A stretch of DNA of 62,060 nt, from assembly GCA_046261835.1 (NCBI GenBank), contig JBHEOA010000102.1, forward strand, positions 1-62,060, given 5' to 3'. The stretch comes from Gemmatimonadota bacterium (GTDB taxonomy: Bacteria; Gemmatimonadota; Gemmatimonadetes; JACCXV01; JAHWKZ01). The notes below the pieces were generated by a model. That model did not search any database. It was not told where the DNA came from and saw only the letters and a program-made list of their open reading frames with translations. Both the position numbers and the translations under genes were made by a program. How positions within the stretch are numbered: position 1 is the first letter of the stretch; the number at the start of each line of letters is the position of its first letter. Positions 22,821 through 33,963 of the stretch are shown here, one piece after another.

Positions 22821-24895
22821 TCCCCGCGGACATCGTGCCGCGCTTTCAGCTCGTCACCGACCTCACGCCCAAGGGTGATCAGCCCGGCGCGATCACCCAG
22901 CTGATCGAGGGGTTGGAGCAGGGACGTCGCTTCCAGACCCTGCTGGGGGCGACGGGCACCGGTAAGACGTTCACGATGGCTCACGTCATCGCCGCCTGGG
23001 GCCGGCCCACCCTCGTCATGAGTCACAACAAGACGCTGGCCGCCCAGCTCTACGGTGAGCTCAAACAGCTCTTCCCTCACAATGCCGTGGAGTACTTCAT
23101 CTCGTACTACGATTACTACCAGCCCGAGGCCTACATCCCGGCGACCGACACCTACATCGAGAAGGACGCCACGATCAACGAGGACATCGATCGGCTGAGA
23201 CTGCGCACGACGTCTTCCTTGATCGAGCGCGACGACGTCGTTGTGGTAGCGTCCGTCTCGGCGATCTACGGCCTTGGGAATCCGCGGGAGTATCGCGAGC
23301 TTATGGTCGTCCTCGAGTCGGGGCAGACGTTTGCGCGCGAGCAGATTCTCGAGGAGCTCGTGCGCATTCAGTACCGGCGCAACGAGTTCGAGTTCGCCCC
23401 TGGCACGTTTCGCGCGCGCGGCGACGTCATCGAGATCTTCCCGGCGTACGAGGAGCAGGCGGTGCGGATCGAGCTGTGGGGTGACGAGATCGAGCGCATC
23501 TCCAAGATCGACGCGTGGCGGGGAACGACGATCCAGACGCTTGACCGGGCGGCGATCTACCCGGCCAAACACTTCGTGACTACCCGGCCGCGCATCGAGG
23601 AGGCTCTCGGCGCAATCGAAGCGGAGCTCGAAGTGCAGCTCGAGGCGCTGCGCGCGGAGGAAAAGCTGCTCGAAGCCCATAAGCTAGAGACCCGGACCCG
23701 CTTCGATCTTGAGATGCTGCGCGAGATGGGGCATTGCCCGGGCATCGAGAACTACTCGCGCCACCTCTCCGGGCGTGTGCCGGGCGAGCGGCCCGCGTGC
23801 CTGTTCGACTACTTCCCGGACGACTTCCTGTTGATCATCGACGAGTCGCACGTCAGCGTGCCGCAGATCGGCGGGATGTACGCTGGCGATCGGTCGCGCA
23901 AAGAGACCCTGGTCGAGCACGGTTATCGTCTTCCCTCGGCGCTCGACAATCGCCCGCTCCAGTTCCGCGAATTCGAGCGCACCTTCATGCGGCGCGTCGT
24001 GTTCGTGTCCGCCACGCCCGGCTCCTACGAGCTCGAGAGGTCGGGGGGCGTCGTGGTCGAGCAGATCATCCGGCCCACGGGACTGCTCGACCCCGAGGTC
24101 GTCGTGCGACCGGTCAAGGGACAGGTCGACGACCTGTTGGAGGAGATCCGCGCGCGATCGGAAGCAGGGGAGAAAGTCCTCGTCACGACGCTCACCAAGC
24201 GGATGGCGGAGGACCTCTCCGACTACCTCAATGAGATGGGCGTCCGCGTGCGCTACATGCACTCCGACATCGACGCTCTCGAGCGTATGGAGATCATTCG
24301 CGGACTGCGGACCGACGAGTTCGACGTCCTGGTGGGAATCAACCTCTTGCGCGAAGGTCTCGACCTGCCAGAAGTCTCGCTGGTCGCGGTCCTCGACGCC
24401 GACAAGGAAGGTTTCCTCCGCTCCGAGACGGCGCTGATCCAGACGGCTGGGCGCGCAGCCCGCAACATCAACGGACGCGTCATCCTCTATGCCGACGCGG
24501 TCACCGACTCGATGCGCCGGATGATGGAGGAGACCGAGCGGCGAAGGGGGATCCAGGCCGAGCACAACGAGCGCCACGGGATCGTCCCCCGAAGCGTCAC
24601 CAAGACCCGCGATCAGATCCTCCAGACCACGGCGGTGGCCGATTCTCGCGGCGGAGGGACGGGAGCGAGCCGCGTGCGCGCGGTGCGCGAGCGCATGCAG
24701 GGACTGGCGGGAGAGCTCGAGCGCGAGGAGCTGGCCAAGGCGATCGAGTCGGAGATGCGCGCGGCCGCCGAGCGACTCGACTTCGCCGCGGCCGCGATCC
24801 TGCGCGATCAGCTCTTCGACCTGCGGGGAAAGGAAGCGCGCCCCACTCGGCGACCTGTCACGCTGCGCGAGCGGATCGGCCTCGAGGAGGTGTGA
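22817..24895 (+). CDS. uvrB: Excinuclease ABC subunit B
   Basis: [41 protein letters not shown]; GTGA overlap. Confidence 0.97.
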   Translation: MIPADIVPRFQLVTDLTPKGDQPGAITQLIEGLEQGRRFQTLLGATGTGKTFTMAHVIAAWGRPTLVMSHNKTLAAQLYGELKQLFPHNAVEYFISYYDYYQPEAYIPATDTYIEKDATINEDIDRLRLRTTSSLIERDDVVVVASVSAIYGLGNPREYRELMVVLESGQTFAREQILEELVRIQYRRNEFEFAPGTFRARGDVIEIFPAYEEQAVRIELWGDEIERISKIDAWRGTTIQTLDRAAIYPAKHFVTTRPRIEEALGAIEAELEVQLEALRAEEKLLEAHKLETRTRFDLEMLREMGHCPGIENYSRHLSGRVPGERPACLFDYFPDDFLLIIDESHVSVPQIGGMYAGDRSRKETLVEHGYRLPSALDNRPLQFREFERTFMRRVVFVSATPGSYELERSGGVVVEQIIRPTGLLDPEVVVRPVKGQVDDLLEEIRARSEAGEKVLVTTLTKRMAEDLSDYLNEMGVRVRYMHSDIDALERMEIIRGLRTDEFDVLVGINLLREGLDLPEVSLVAVLDADKEGFLRSETALIQTAGRAARNINGRVILYADAVTDSMRRMMEETERRRGIQAEHNERHGIVPRSVTKTRDQILQTTAVADSRGGGTGASRVRAVRERMQGLAGELEREELAKAIESEMRAAAERLDFAAAAILRDQLFDLRGKEARPTRRPVTLRERIGLEEV

Positions 24896-25410
24896 CAGCG
24901 CGCGCGCGGGCGTCACGCGAGCGCACGTGGAGCGCGACCGCGGCCAAGGCCGTTTCCACCGTGGAGCTGGGCCGGATACTCGGCGAGGCCGCGCCGGACG
25001 GCGCGGTCATCCTGCTGGAGGGTCCGTTGGGAGCCGGAAAGACGACCCTCGCTCAGGGGGTCGCCCTCGGCTGCGGCGTGCAGGAACCCGTCACGAGCCC
25101 CACCTACAATCTCGTCCTCCACTATCGAGGGCGACGCCTCTTCACGCATGTCGATCTCTATCGTCTCGCCGAACCGGCCGATCTGACGACGCTCGACGTC
25201 GACGAGATCGCGGCCGCCGATGGGGTGACGTGCATCGAGTGGCCGGGCTTGGTGCGGGGAGAGGTCGCGCCGCCCTACGCCGAGATCGTCATCGAGCGGG
25301 TTGTCGCAACCAGCGGAGTCGAGCATCGGCGCCTGTCGGGCCGCTTCGTGGGATCGGGGTGGTCTCCGGCACTCGAGGCGCTCTCGTCCGCCGGGGCGGA
25401 GGTCACGTGA
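24892..25410 (+). CDS. tsaE: tRNA threonylcarbamoyladenosine biosynthesis ATPase TsaE
   Basis: [24 protein letters not shown]. Confidence 0.92.
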   Translation: MTARARASRERTWSATAAKAVSTVELGRILGEAAPDGAVILLEGPLGAGKTTLAQGVALGCGVQEPVTSPTYNLVLHYRGRRLFTHVDLYRLAEPADLTTLDVDEIAAADGVTCIEWPGLVRGEVAPPYAEIVIERVVATSGVEHRRLSGRFVGSGWSPALEALSSAGAEVT

Positions 25411-25441
25411 GGCCCGTCCGTGGGACGGGGAGTTCCACGCG

Positions 25442-26089
25442 ATGAAGGACTTCCGCGGAGCGATTCTGGCGATCGACACGGCGACCGATCTGCCGGGAGT
25501 GGCGCTCCACCACGGCGGGTCGACGTTCATGCGGCCGATCGGCTGGCGTGCGTCGTTCCGCGAGACCGCGCCGGCGGCGCGCGCGCTCCTTGGCGAGGCC
25601 GGGCTCGCGATCGGCGACCTCGCGGTCGTCGCCGTGCCCGCTGGGCCCGGGTCGTTCACGGGGCTTCGAGTGGGCGCGACGTTCGCTGTTGCGCTCGCGC
25701 GGGCCGCGGAAATCGCGCTCCACGCGGTCCCGACGCTCGAGGCGGTGGCCGAAGCGTACGCATTGCCCGGGACGGATCGTGTGTGCGCGGTCCTTGACGC
25801 TCGTCGCGGGCGATGGTACGCGGCGCTCGTCGACCAGGATGGCGCCGGCTGGAGGACGACGGCCGGGCCGTTCGACCTCGCGCCCGAGGAGGTGAAGCGG
25901 TTCGCGGGAGAAGCCCCGCGCGTCGGGCTGTCGGCCAGAGAAGCCGGGCCGACGGCTCGAGAGCGACCGGAGCCTGCGCCCATCGCAGCGGCAGTCGCCC
26001 GGCTCGTTGCGCTCGATATGGAGCGCTACGCCGTGGTCTCGCCGGGGGCCCTGCGACTCGTCTACACCCGTCCGGCAACCCAAGCGTGA
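25442..26089 (+). CDS. tsaB: t6A biosynthesis protein TsaB
   Basis: ILAIDTAT, GPGSFTGLRVG, LDARRG. Confidence 0.9.
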   Translation: MKDFRGAILAIDTATDLPGVALHHGGSTFMRPIGWRASFRETAPAARALLGEAGLAIGDLAVVAVPAGPGSFTGLRVGATFAVALARAAEIALHAVPTLEAVAEAYALPGTDRVCAVLDARRGRWYAALVDQDGAGWRTTAGPFDLAPEEVKRFAGEAPRVGLSAREAGPTARERPEPAPIAAAVARLVALDMERYAVVSPGALRLVYTRPATQA

Positions 26090-26565
26090 CGGCGGAACAG
26101 CCTGCCGACGAGCTCATGGTCCGCGCCATGGCGACCGCCGACATCGACGCAGTGGCGGCCATCGAGCGCGCGCTCTACCCAAACCCGTGGCGCCGTGAAG
26201 ACTTCGCCGAGATCGTCGACGCGCGCGGTGCGTTCGCATGGGTCGCGGCCGCGGGGGCCGCGGGCATCGTCGGCTATGCGGTCGCGTGGGTCGCGGCCGA
26301 CGAGGCTGAGCTCGCCAACCTGGCGGTCGCCGTCCCGTGGCAGCGGCGGGGCATCGGAACGCGGCTCATCGACTTCACGTGCCGCACGGCGCGCGAGCAG
26401 GGCGCCCGCACGATGTGGCTCGACGTCCGGGTCTCCAACTCCGCAGCCCGATCGCTATACGCGCGGCAGGGGTTCTGCGTCGTCGGCGTGCGGCGCGGCT
26501 ACTACGCCCGGCCGCGTGAGGATGCGCTCGTCATGGCGCTCGATCTGTCGCCCGCGTCGCGCTGA
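26086..26565 (+). CDS. rimI: Ribosomal protein S18-alanine N-acetyltransferase
   Basis: IE..LYPNPW, ANLAV....QRRGIG, LDVRVSN..A..LY...GF, RRGYY; follows tsaB. Confidence 0.88.
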   Translation: MTAEQPADELMVRAMATADIDAVAAIERALYPNPWRREDFAEIVDARGAFAWVAAAGAAGIVGYAVAWVAADEAELANLAVAVPWQRRGIGTRLIDFTCRTAREQGARTMWLDVRVSNSAARSLYARQGFCVVGVRRGYYARPREDALVMALDLSPASR

Positions 26566-26583
26566 CCCGCTCCGCGAGTCTTG

Positions 26584-26612
26584 TTGACCGCACCACGGGG
26601 TCCGGGTAGCCT
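26584..26612 (+). promoter_or_regulatory. Putative sigma70 promoter of accD
   Basis: TTGACC-N17-TAGCCT, 14 nt before the ATG. Confidence 0.6.
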
Positions 26613-26626
26613 TACCCCCGCCACCC

Positions 26627-27490
26627 ATGACCTGGTTCAAGCGCGACAGGAAGAAGATCCAGACGACCGAGAAGAAGGAGCTTCCCGGCGACCTGTGGCA
26701 GAAATGCCCTTCGTGCGGGGACATCCTCTACCGAAAGGATCTGGTCCAGAAGGCGTGGGTGTGCCCCAAGTGCGGCCACCACTTTCGTATCTCGGCCGAC
26801 GAGTACCTCGAGCTCTTGCTGGATCCCGGCTCGTTTCAGGAGCACGACGCCGACCTCCAGAGCGTCGATCCCTTGGAGTTCGTCGACTCCAAGCCGTATC
26901 CCGCGCGGGTTCAGGAGTACGTCAGCCGCACGGGTCGCAATGAGGCGGTGGTGTGCGGCACGGGCGCGATCGACGGCATCGAGGTCTCAGTCGCGGTCAT
27001 GGACTTCGGGTTCCTCGGGGGGAGCATGGGCTCGGTCGTCGGCGAGAAGATCGCGCGCGCTATCGAGCGATCGCTCCAGCGGGCGATCCCGCTCGTCATC
27101 GTTTCCCAATCCGGCGGAGCGCGGATGCAGGAGGGTGTGCTCTCGCTCATGCAGATGGCGAAGACCGGCACGCTGCTCGCCGCACTCGACCGTCAAGGGA
27201 TCCCCTTCGTCGCGGTGAACACCGATCCTACGACGGGCGGGGTGACCGCTTCCTACGCCATGCTCGGCGACGTCATTTTCGCCGAACCTAAGGCCCAGAT
27301 CGGCTTCGCGGGCCCGCGCGTCATCAAGCAGACGATCGGTCAGGACCTTCCGGACGAATTCCAAACCGCCGAGTTCCTGCTGGATCACGGTTTCGTCGAC
27401 CGTGTGGTGCCGCGGGTCGAGCTCCAGCGGACGGTCTCGCGCGCCCTGCGTTGGATGCTGGGTCGGGAGGCGCCCGCCGGGGAACCGTGA
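26627..27490 (+). CDS. accD: Acetyl-CoA carboxylase carboxyltransferase beta subunit
   Basis: LWQKCPSC...CPKC zinc finger, GGSMGS, SGGARMQEG, PTTGGV, GFAGPRVI. Confidence 0.96.
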   Translation: MTWFKRDRKKIQTTEKKELPGDLWQKCPSCGDILYRKDLVQKAWVCPKCGHHFRISADEYLELLLDPGSFQEHDADLQSVDPLEFVDSKPYPARVQEYVSRTGRNEAVVCGTGAIDGIEVSVAVMDFGFLGGSMGSVVGEKIARAIERSLQRAIPLVIVSQSGGARMQEGVLSLMQMAKTGTLLAALDRQGIPFVAVNTDPTTGGVTASYAMLGDVIFAEPKAQIGFAGPRVIKQTIGQDLPDEFQTAEFLLDHGFVDRVVPRVELQRTVSRALRWMLGREAPAGEP

Positions 27491-28923
27491 CGTACGAAGA
27501 GGCGCTCGCCGCGCTCGACCGGCGCGAGCTGTTCGGCATCCGGCTGGGGCTCGAGAACGTGCGTGCGATATTCGATCGTCTGGGGCGTCCGGAGCTCGCC
27601 TACCCCACCCTCCACGTCGCAGGAACCAACGGCAAGGGCACGACCGCCGCGGCCCTCGCGTCCCTGGCCCAGGCCCACGGGCTGCGGACGGGCCTCTACA
27701 CCTCCCCCCATCTCGTCGACTTCCGCGAGCGGATCCGTATCGACGGCGTTCCTATCGAACGCGCGGGCGTGGTAACGGGCTGGGAGCGGATCGCCAGCGC
27801 CGTCGAGGAACGCGGGATGACGTACTTCGAGGCGACGACGATCCTGGCGCTCGACTACTTCGCGCGCGCGCGCGTCGATCTGGCGGTGATCGAGGTCGGC
27901 TTGGGCGGGCGGCTCGACGCCACCAACGTCATCCACCCCGAGGTCGCGGTGGTGACCGGTGTGGCGCGCGACCACGAGCGCTGGCTCGGAGAGAGCCTGA
28001 GCGCGATCGCGCGCGAGAAGGCGGGGATCTTCAAGCCGGACGTTCCGGCGCTCGTCGGGGATCCGGGCCCGCCCGAGGTGCGTGCCGTCTGGACCACCGC
28101 GGCCGCCGCGGTCGGCGCCTCGCTCGCCTTTCTTCCCGACGAAGTGACGTGGTCGGTCCGTTCCGTCGAGCCGGGCAGGACCCGATTCGACTACGGCTCG
28201 CCCGCGCTCCGGCTCGACGAGCTCGAGTTGCCACTGACGGGGAGCGTCTTCGCCCGCGCCGCCGCGCTGGCCGTTCACACGTGGGAGCGGCTGGCGGATG
28301 CTCGGGGCCGGGTCGCCCCGGCGCTCGACGAGGCGCGCGTCCGATCCGCGCTCGCCGGGCTCACGCTCGGCGGCCGCGGCGAGTGGCGAGAGGTTGGCGG
28401 GATCCCCCATCTCTTCGATGTCGCCCACAACCCCGCGGGGTGTGAGCGCCTGACGGCCACCGTCGGTGACCTCGGCCGGGGGCGCACAGCGCTCGTGTTC
28501 GGGGCGCTGGCCGACAAGGCGTGGCCCCGGATGCTCGATGCGCTCGCGCCGGCGACGGCGCGAGCTTGGGTGTGCGGGCTCGAAACCGCCGGCGCGCGGC
28601 GCCTGACGCGGGAGGACGCTCGGGCGGAGGTGGATGGACGGGGGATGACGTGGTCCGAGACGGTAGCGCAGGCGCTCGCCGCCGCGGGTGACGAGGTCGC
28701 GCGCGGGAAGGCGGGATTCGTCCTGGTGGCGGGATCGTTCCACACCGTGGGCGAGGCGCTCGTCGCTCTGGGAATCGCCGCGCCGGGAGAGCCCTACGCA
28801 CCGGCCACTGCGGCGGTCGGCCCATTGGCGCGCGCCAGTTCGGAGGCGCCGGCCGGTCCCGCGGTGGCACCCGGCCCCTCGGCGCCCGCCAGCCGCGCAG
28901 AGTTGGCGGAGACCCCGCCATGA
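27487..28923 (+). CDS. folC: Folylpolyglutamate synthase/dihydrofolate synthase
   Basis: HVAGTNGKGT, YTSPHL, EVGLGGRLDATN, DVAHNP, AGSFH; Ala/Pro-rich C-terminal tail. Confidence 0.93.
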   Translation: MTYEEALAALDRRELFGIRLGLENVRAIFDRLGRPELAYPTLHVAGTNGKGTTAAALASLAQAHGLRTGLYTSPHLVDFRERIRIDGVPIERAGVVTGWERIASAVEERGMTYFEATTILALDYFARARVDLAVIEVGLGGRLDATNVIHPEVAVVTGVARDHERWLGESLSAIAREKAGIFKPDVPALVGDPGPPEVRAVWTTAAAAVGASLAFLPDEVTWSVRSVEPGRTRFDYGSPALRLDELELPLTGSVFARAAALAVHTWERLADARGRVAPALDEARVRSALAGLTLGGRGEWREVGGIPHLFDVAHNPAGCERLTATVGDLGRGRTALVFGALADKAWPRMLDALAPATARAWVCGLETAGARRLTREDARAEVDGRGMTWSETVAQALAAAGDEVARGKAGFVLVAGSFHTVGEALVALGIAAPGEPYAPATAAVGPLARASSEAPAGPAVAPGPSAPASRAELAETPP

Positions 28924-30248
28924 GCCGCTTCGACCCGCTCAAGGGCACTCGCGACTTCTACCCCGGCGCCATGCGCCTGCGCCGCTGGATCGAGTCCCGC
29001 TGGCGCGAGGTCGCCGAGCGGTACGGCTTCGAGGAGTACGATGCCCCGGTCCTCGAGCCGCTCGATCTCTATACCGACAAGTCGGGTGAAGAGATCGTCG
29101 GTCAGCTCTACACGTTCGAGGACAAGGGCGGTCGGCGCGTGGCGCTCAGGCCCGAGATGACGCCGTCCCTGGCGCGCATGGTCGCCGCCCGCAGCCGCGC
29201 CCTCGCCATGCCGCTCAAGTGGTACTCCGTGCCGCGGCTGTTTCGTTACGAGCGTCCGCAGCGCGGCCGGTTGCGCGAGTTCTTTCAGCTCAACCTCGAC
29301 ATCCTCGGCGTCGAGGGCGTCGAAGCGGACGCCGAGATCATCGCGGCCGGGGTCGACGTCCTGCGGGCCTGCGGACTGAGCGCTGAGGACTTCCTGGTTC
29401 GCTATAGCGATCGCCGTCTGCTCGACGCGGTAATCGCCGCCCTCTCGATTTCCGCGGCACGGCGGCCCGCCGTCTACGTCGCGCTCGACAAGCTCCTCAA
29501 GGGGGGAGTGGACGTCGTGCTGGGCGAGCTCGACAAGGCTGGCGTCCCGCCGGCGACCGCTCGACAGCTGACCGAGGCTGTCGCGCGCCGCGACCTGGCG
29601 GGACTGCAGGAGACCCTGGCCCCGACGGGTGGTCACCTGGTGCCCGAGGCTCTTCGCCTCGTCCGGCTCGAGGAGTATCTCGATGCCTACGGCGTGCGTG
29701 ACGTCTGCCGCTTCGACGCGGCGGTCGTGCGCGGACTGGCCTACTACACCGGCGTCGTCTTCGAGATGTACGATGCGCGCGGCGAGCTGCGCGCGCTCTG
29801 CGGCGGCGGGCGTTTCGACGACCTGCTGTCAGCGATCGGCGGGGAACCGCTGCCCGCGGTCGGCTTCGGGCTGGGCGACGCAGTCCTGATCGAGCTCCTG
29901 ACCCAGCACGGCAAGCTCCCCGATCTCGGCCCACGCTGCGACGCCCACGTGATCCCGGTCACTGCGGCGGATCGTTCGGCGGCGATCGCCGCGGCGGCGC
30001 GCCTGCGCGAAGAGGGGCTCGCCACCGACCTGGCGCTCAAGGATCAGGCTGTCGGCAAAGCGCTCAAGCGGGCGGACCAGGCCGGCGCACGGTTCGCGAT
30101 CGTGATCGGCGAACGGGAGCGCGCGGAGGGACGCTGGACGCTCAAGGAGCTGGCGACCGGCGACGAGAGCTCGCTCACGCCCGCGGAAGCGACCGCCCGG
30201 CTCCGCGCTGTCGAAGCGCCGGCCTCCGCCGGAACCTCGCCGCCGTGA
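28920..30248 (+). CDS. hisS: Histidine--tRNA ligase
   Basis: KGTRD, LRPEMT, FRYERPQRGRLREF.Q, VRGLAYYTG, GGGRFD. Confidence 0.96.
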   Translation: MSRFDPLKGTRDFYPGAMRLRRWIESRWREVAERYGFEEYDAPVLEPLDLYTDKSGEEIVGQLYTFEDKGGRRVALRPEMTPSLARMVAARSRALAMPLKWYSVPRLFRYERPQRGRLREFFQLNLDILGVEGVEADAEIIAAGVDVLRACGLSAEDFLVRYSDRRLLDAVIAALSISAARRPAVYVALDKLLKGGVDVVLGELDKAGVPPATARQLTEAVARRDLAGLQETLAPTGGHLVPEALRLVRLEEYLDAYGVRDVCRFDAAVVRGLAYYTGVVFEMYDARGELRALCGGGRFDDLLSAIGGEPLPAVGFGLGDAVLIELLTQHGKLPDLGPRCDAHVIPVTAADRSAAIAAAARLREEGLATDLALKDQAVGKALKRADQAGARFAIVIGERERAEGRWTLKELATGDESSLTPAEATARLRAVEAPASAGTSPP

Positions 30249-30733
30249 GGATCGGCCTCGTCGCCGACACGCACGACCACGTGGTTCGGATCCGTCAGGC
30301 GGTAGCCTGGTTGAACCAGGTAGGGGTCGACCTCGTGATCCATGCCGGCGACTGGTGCTCGCCCTTCGCGGTGCGCGAGTTCGCCGGGCTCCAGGCGCCC
30401 CTCCATGGCATCACCGGCAACAACGACGGTGATCTGCTCGCGCTCGCCCGCGCGTTCGCCGAGATCGGCGCGCGGCTCGAGACCCAGTGGTGGGAGACGG
30501 AGCTCGGCGGACGCCGGATCGTCGTCATGCACGAGCCGCGAGGCCTCGTTGACCTCGCGGCGGGCGGCGCCTACGACCTGATCGTGTACGCCCACACGCA
30601 CGAGCGCGACGAGCGGCGTGTCGGCGAGGCCCTGATCGTCAATCCCGGGGAGACGTGCGGATGGCTCGGCGGGATCGGCTCGCTCGCGATCTACGACACG
30701 GGCGACCACTCCGTCGAGTTCCGCGAACTGTAG
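30245..30733 (+). CDS. YfcE/MJ0936-family metallophosphoesterase
   Basis: ADTHD, HAGD, GNND, HTH, NPG. Confidence 0.88.
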   Translation: MRIGLVADTHDHVVRIRQAVAWLNQVGVDLVIHAGDWCSPFAVREFAGLQAPLHGITGNNDGDLLALARAFAEIGARLETQWWETELGGRRIVVMHEPRGLVDLAAGGAYDLIVYAHTHERDERRVGEALIVNPGETCGWLGGIGSLAIYDTGDHSVEFREL

Positions 30734-30736
30734 CAT

Positions 30737-30889
30737 GGCGTTGAAAATGCCGAATCTCTGCGTAGCACTCCCTCGGAGATCTGCGGCTTCCCGACCCGCT
30801 GCGCGGGTGCCCCGACAGTACGCCTCGGACCTTCTCAGTCGCGCGCCTCGGGGCACCCACGCCAGTGGGTCGTCGGCATTTTGAACGCC
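30737..30889. other. 153-nt rod-like fold-back element upstream of guaA
   Basis: Three nested helices: 17 bp with 1 mismatch (30737-53/30873-89), 10 bp with 1 GU (30792-801/30863-72) and 11 bp perfect (30805-15/30848-58). Confidence 0.7.
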
Positions 30890-30908
30890 CTGCGCGACTT
30901 GGTCAACA

Positions 30909-32504
30909 ATGTCTGCAGCGTTTAGAGATAACGCGAGCACGACTGGACGCGTGTCCAACCGCGAGCCCGGGAACTGGATCCTCATCCTCGACTTCGGAGG
31001 CCAGTACACGCAGCTGATAGCGCGGCGGATCCGCGAGCTCCGGGTCTACTGCGAGATCCACCCGTTCCACCTCGAAGCCGACACGATCCGGGCGTGGCGG
31101 CCGGCGGGGATCATCCTCTCGGGCGGCCCGAGCAGCGTCTACGATGCCGACGCGCCCATGCCGCACGAGGATTTCTTCGACGTTGCCTCCCCGATGCTCG
31201 GCATCTGTTACGGCATGCAGCTCCTCGCCCAGGCCGAGGGCGGCGTGGTGGAGCCGGCGAAGACGCGCGAGTACGGCCGTGCCCCGGTTCGCATCGAGAC
31301 CGCGCTCGGACCGTTCTCCGGTTTCGAAGAGGGCGAGGAGATCACCGTCTGGATGAGCCACGGCGACCGGGTCACGGAGGCCCCGCCCCACTTCCTGCGC
31401 TTCGGGGTGTCGCTCGCCGACACGATCGCGGCCTTCGGCAATCCCGAGACCCGACGCTACGGCGTCCAGTTCCATCCCGAGGTCGCCCACACCGAGCGCG
31501 GCGAGCAGATCCTCGCCGATTTCGTGTTCGAAGTCTGCGGCTGCGAGCCCACATGGACCATGGCGTCGTTCGTGAGCCGTGCGATCGCCGCCGTTCGCGA
31601 TTCTGTCGGTGATGGTCATGCCGTTTGCGGGCTCTCGGGCGGGGTCGACTCGGCGGTCGCCGCTGCGCTGGTCCACCAGGCGATCGGAGATCGGCTGACG
31701 TGCATCTTCGTGGACACGGGACTGTTGCGGAAGAACGAGCGCGAGCAGGTCGAGCGGACGTTCCGTGAGCACCTCCATTACCGGCTGGAAGTCGTCGATG
31801 CCGGAGATCGCTTCCTCGCCGACCTCGCCGGCGTGAGCGACCCGGAAGAGAAGCGCCGCCGCATCGGGCATCGTTTCATCGAGGTCTTCGAAGGTGCGAC
31901 CTCGATCGGAGCGGTCGACTTCCTCGTCCAGGGGACGCTATATCCCGATGTCATCGAGTCACTCTCGGTCAAGGGGCCGTCGATGACGATCAAGACGCAC
32001 CACAACGTGGGGGGGCTGCCCGAAGCGATGCGTCTCACCGTGGTCGAGCCGTTGCGGGAGCTGTTCAAGGACGAGGTGCGCCAGGTCGGGCGCGAGCTGG
32101 GGTTGCCCGAAGAGATGATCGACCGCCATCCGTTCCCGGGGCCCGGTCTCGCCGTGCGGATCCTGGGCCCGGTGACCGCTGAGCGGCTCGACATCCTGCG
32201 CGAGGCCGACGCGATCTTTCTCCAGGAGATCCGCGCGGCTGAGCTGTACGACGCGATCTGGCAGGCGTTCGCCGTGCTTCTTCCGGTTCAGGCCGTCGGC
32301 GTCATGGGGGACCGGCGCACCTACGAAAACGTTGTCGCGTTGCGCGCGGTGACCTCCCGCGACGGAATGACAGCCGACTGGTTCCCCTTTCCGCACGACC
32401 TCCTCGGCCGGGTCGCCAACCGCATCATCAATGAGGTACGCGGGGTCAACCGCGTCGTCTATGACGTCTCGAGCAAGCCCCCGGCGACGATCGAGTGGGA
32501 GTAA
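30909..32504 (+). CDS. guaA: GMP synthase (glutamine-hydrolysing)
   Basis: [43 protein letters not shown]. Confidence 0.97.
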   Translation: MSAAFRDNASTTGRVSNREPGNWILILDFGGQYTQLIARRIRELRVYCEIHPFHLEADTIRAWRPAGIILSGGPSSVYDADAPMPHEDFFDVASPMLGICYGMQLLAQAEGGVVEPAKTREYGRAPVRIETALGPFSGFEEGEEITVWMSHGDRVTEAPPHFLRFGVSLADTIAAFGNPETRRYGVQFHPEVAHTERGEQILADFVFEVCGCEPTWTMASFVSRAIAAVRDSVGDGHAVCGLSGGVDSAVAAALVHQAIGDRLTCIFVDTGLLRKNEREQVERTFREHLHYRLEVVDAGDRFLADLAGVSDPEEKRRRIGHRFIEVFEGATSIGAVDFLVQGTLYPDVIESLSVKGPSMTIKTHHNVGGLPEAMRLTVVEPLRELFKDEVRQVGRELGLPEEMIDRHPFPGPGLAVRILGPVTAERLDILREADAIFLQEIRAAELYDAIWQAFAVLLPVQAVGVMGDRRTYENVVALRAVTSRDGMTADWFPFPHDLLGRVANRIINEVRGVNRVVYDVSSKPPATIEWE

Positions 32505-32508
32505 CGCC

Positions 32509-32997
32509 TCAGGAAGTGTCGGGGACGGTCGGCAGAGTCGTGTCCGGTGCGATGACCGGTGATTCGATCACCGGCGATTCGAGGGGCGGCGCGACTTCCG
32601 GGGGGGGCGCGACTTCCGCGGGCGGCTGGACGAGGGGCTCCTCCTCGGGAGGCGTGCCGCCGGTCGAAGGCGGCGCGATCGCATCGGACCCGAACAGCGT
32701 GTCGAGCTCGGCCTCGACCTCTTCGTAGACCCGCGACAGGACCTCCTCGTTTCCGCCGAAGCTCGCGCCGAACTCCTCGAGCTGACTGGCCGAGACGCTG
32801 TGGCGCGCGAGGATGGCGTCGCGTTGGACCCGGTAGGCCTGGGTGTCCGGGAGGAGCTGGGCGCGCGCAGCCGCGAGCTCGGCGACCACGGCGGCGAAGG
32901 TCGCCGGGTCCATCGTCGTGGCCTCGGGCCGAGGGGGATCGACGTCGCGGCCGCAGGCGAGTGCGACGAGCAAGAGGAAGGCGAAGCATCCACGCAT
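32509..32997 (-). CDS. Hypothetical lipoprotein, DUF4296-like, with Pro/Glu-rich tail
   Basis: MRGCFAFLLLVALAC lipobox, a helical core, then PPAEVAPPPEVAPP repeats; -10-like TATCTT 6 nt before the ATG. Confidence 0.65.
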   Translation of the reverse strand: MRGCFAFLLLVALACGRDVDPPRPEATTMDPATFAAVVAELAAARAQLLPDTQAYRVQRDAILARHSVSASQLEEFGASFGGNEEVLSRVYEEVEAELDTLFGSDAIAPPSTGGTPPEEEPLVQPPAEVAPPPEVAPPLESPVIESPVIAPDTTLPTVPDTS

Positions 32998-33057
32998 GGG
33001 GGCAAGATATCGCGCGATGGGCACGCCGGCGCGGGCCTCGCTTGCCCGTTGATTCCG

Positions 33058-33963
33058 ATGTTCTATCTTCGCACCTCCGTGCAACTTCCATCATCGCATC
33101 TCGCGCTCCGTGCGACGCTGCTCGCGGTGTTCGCCACGGCTCTGGCCGTCCCAGCACGCGGCCAGGGCGCCGAGGCGCTCCTGCGGTTCCATTTCGCCGA
33201 GGAAGCTCGCCAGCGGGGCGATCAAGCGCGCGCGGCGGAGTGGCTGGCCGAGGCGGTCCGGCTCGACCCTACCGCCCCGCTCCCCCGTATCGAGTGGGCG
33301 GCCATCCTCTTCGAAACCGAAGGTCCCACGGCGGTAGAGGCGGTTCTCGAGCCGCTCGTGTCGTGGTGGTCGGGTCTTCCAGCGGGCGAGAACGCTCTGG
33401 CGGCCCGCTACGCGCGGCTGCGAGCGGCCGCCGCAGCCCGGCGCGGCGCTCCGGACGAGGCGGTCGTCTGGTACGAGCAGGCGGTCGAGCGCGCGCCGCT
33501 CGACCTGGGCCTCAGGGCGCAGCTGATCGGTCACTACCGTGCGCGCGGGCAAGAGGAGGCCGCGCTCCTGCACCTGCGAGCGGCCGCCGCGGCGCTTCCC
33601 TACAACGGCGAGCTCCAGGTCGAGCTCGGCCGGGCGCTGCTCGACCTCGAGCAGTGGGAGGAGGCCGAGGTGGTCTTCGGGGGCGCTGCGGCCGTGGATC
33701 CCCGGCTCGAGCGCGCCTGGGATGGTCTCGGCGTCGCGCGAACCGAGCGCGGTGACTATGCCGGCGCGGAGGCGGCACTGCGCCAGGGACTGCAAATCGC
33801 TCCCGCTTCGGCAGCGATGTACGAGCATCTCGGGGACGCTCTGCTCCGCGGCGGGCGTGCCGCTGACGCGCTCGTCGCCTACCAGCGGGCGGCCGCGCTG
33901 GCCCCCGGCGAAACTCGCCTGGCGGATAAGATCGACCGGGCTCGCGCCGCGCTGCCGCGTTGA
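33058..33963 (+). CDS. Secreted TPR-repeat protein
   Basis: Signal peptide (LAVPARG-Q); repeated A...P....LG.AL TPR patterns. Start is 33058 or 33079. Confidence 0.75.
   Translation: MFYLRTSVQLPSSHLALRATLLAVFATALAVPARGQGAEALLRFHFAEEARQRGDQARAAEWLAEAVRLDPTAPLPRIEWAAILFETEGPTAVEAVLEPLVSWWSGLPAGENALAARYARLRAAAAARRGAPDEAVVWYEQAVERAPLDLGLRAQLIGHYRARGQEEAALLHLRAAAAALPYNGELQVELGRALLDLEQWEEAEVVFGGAAAVDPRLERAWDGLGVARTERGDYAGAEAALRQGLQIAPASAAMYEHLGDALLRGGRAADALVAYQRAAALAPGETRLADKIDRARAALPR

Noticed and set aside
32480-32520. guaA 3' end as an integration hotspot
   Set aside because: No integrase, att-like duplication or compositional shift follows guaA.
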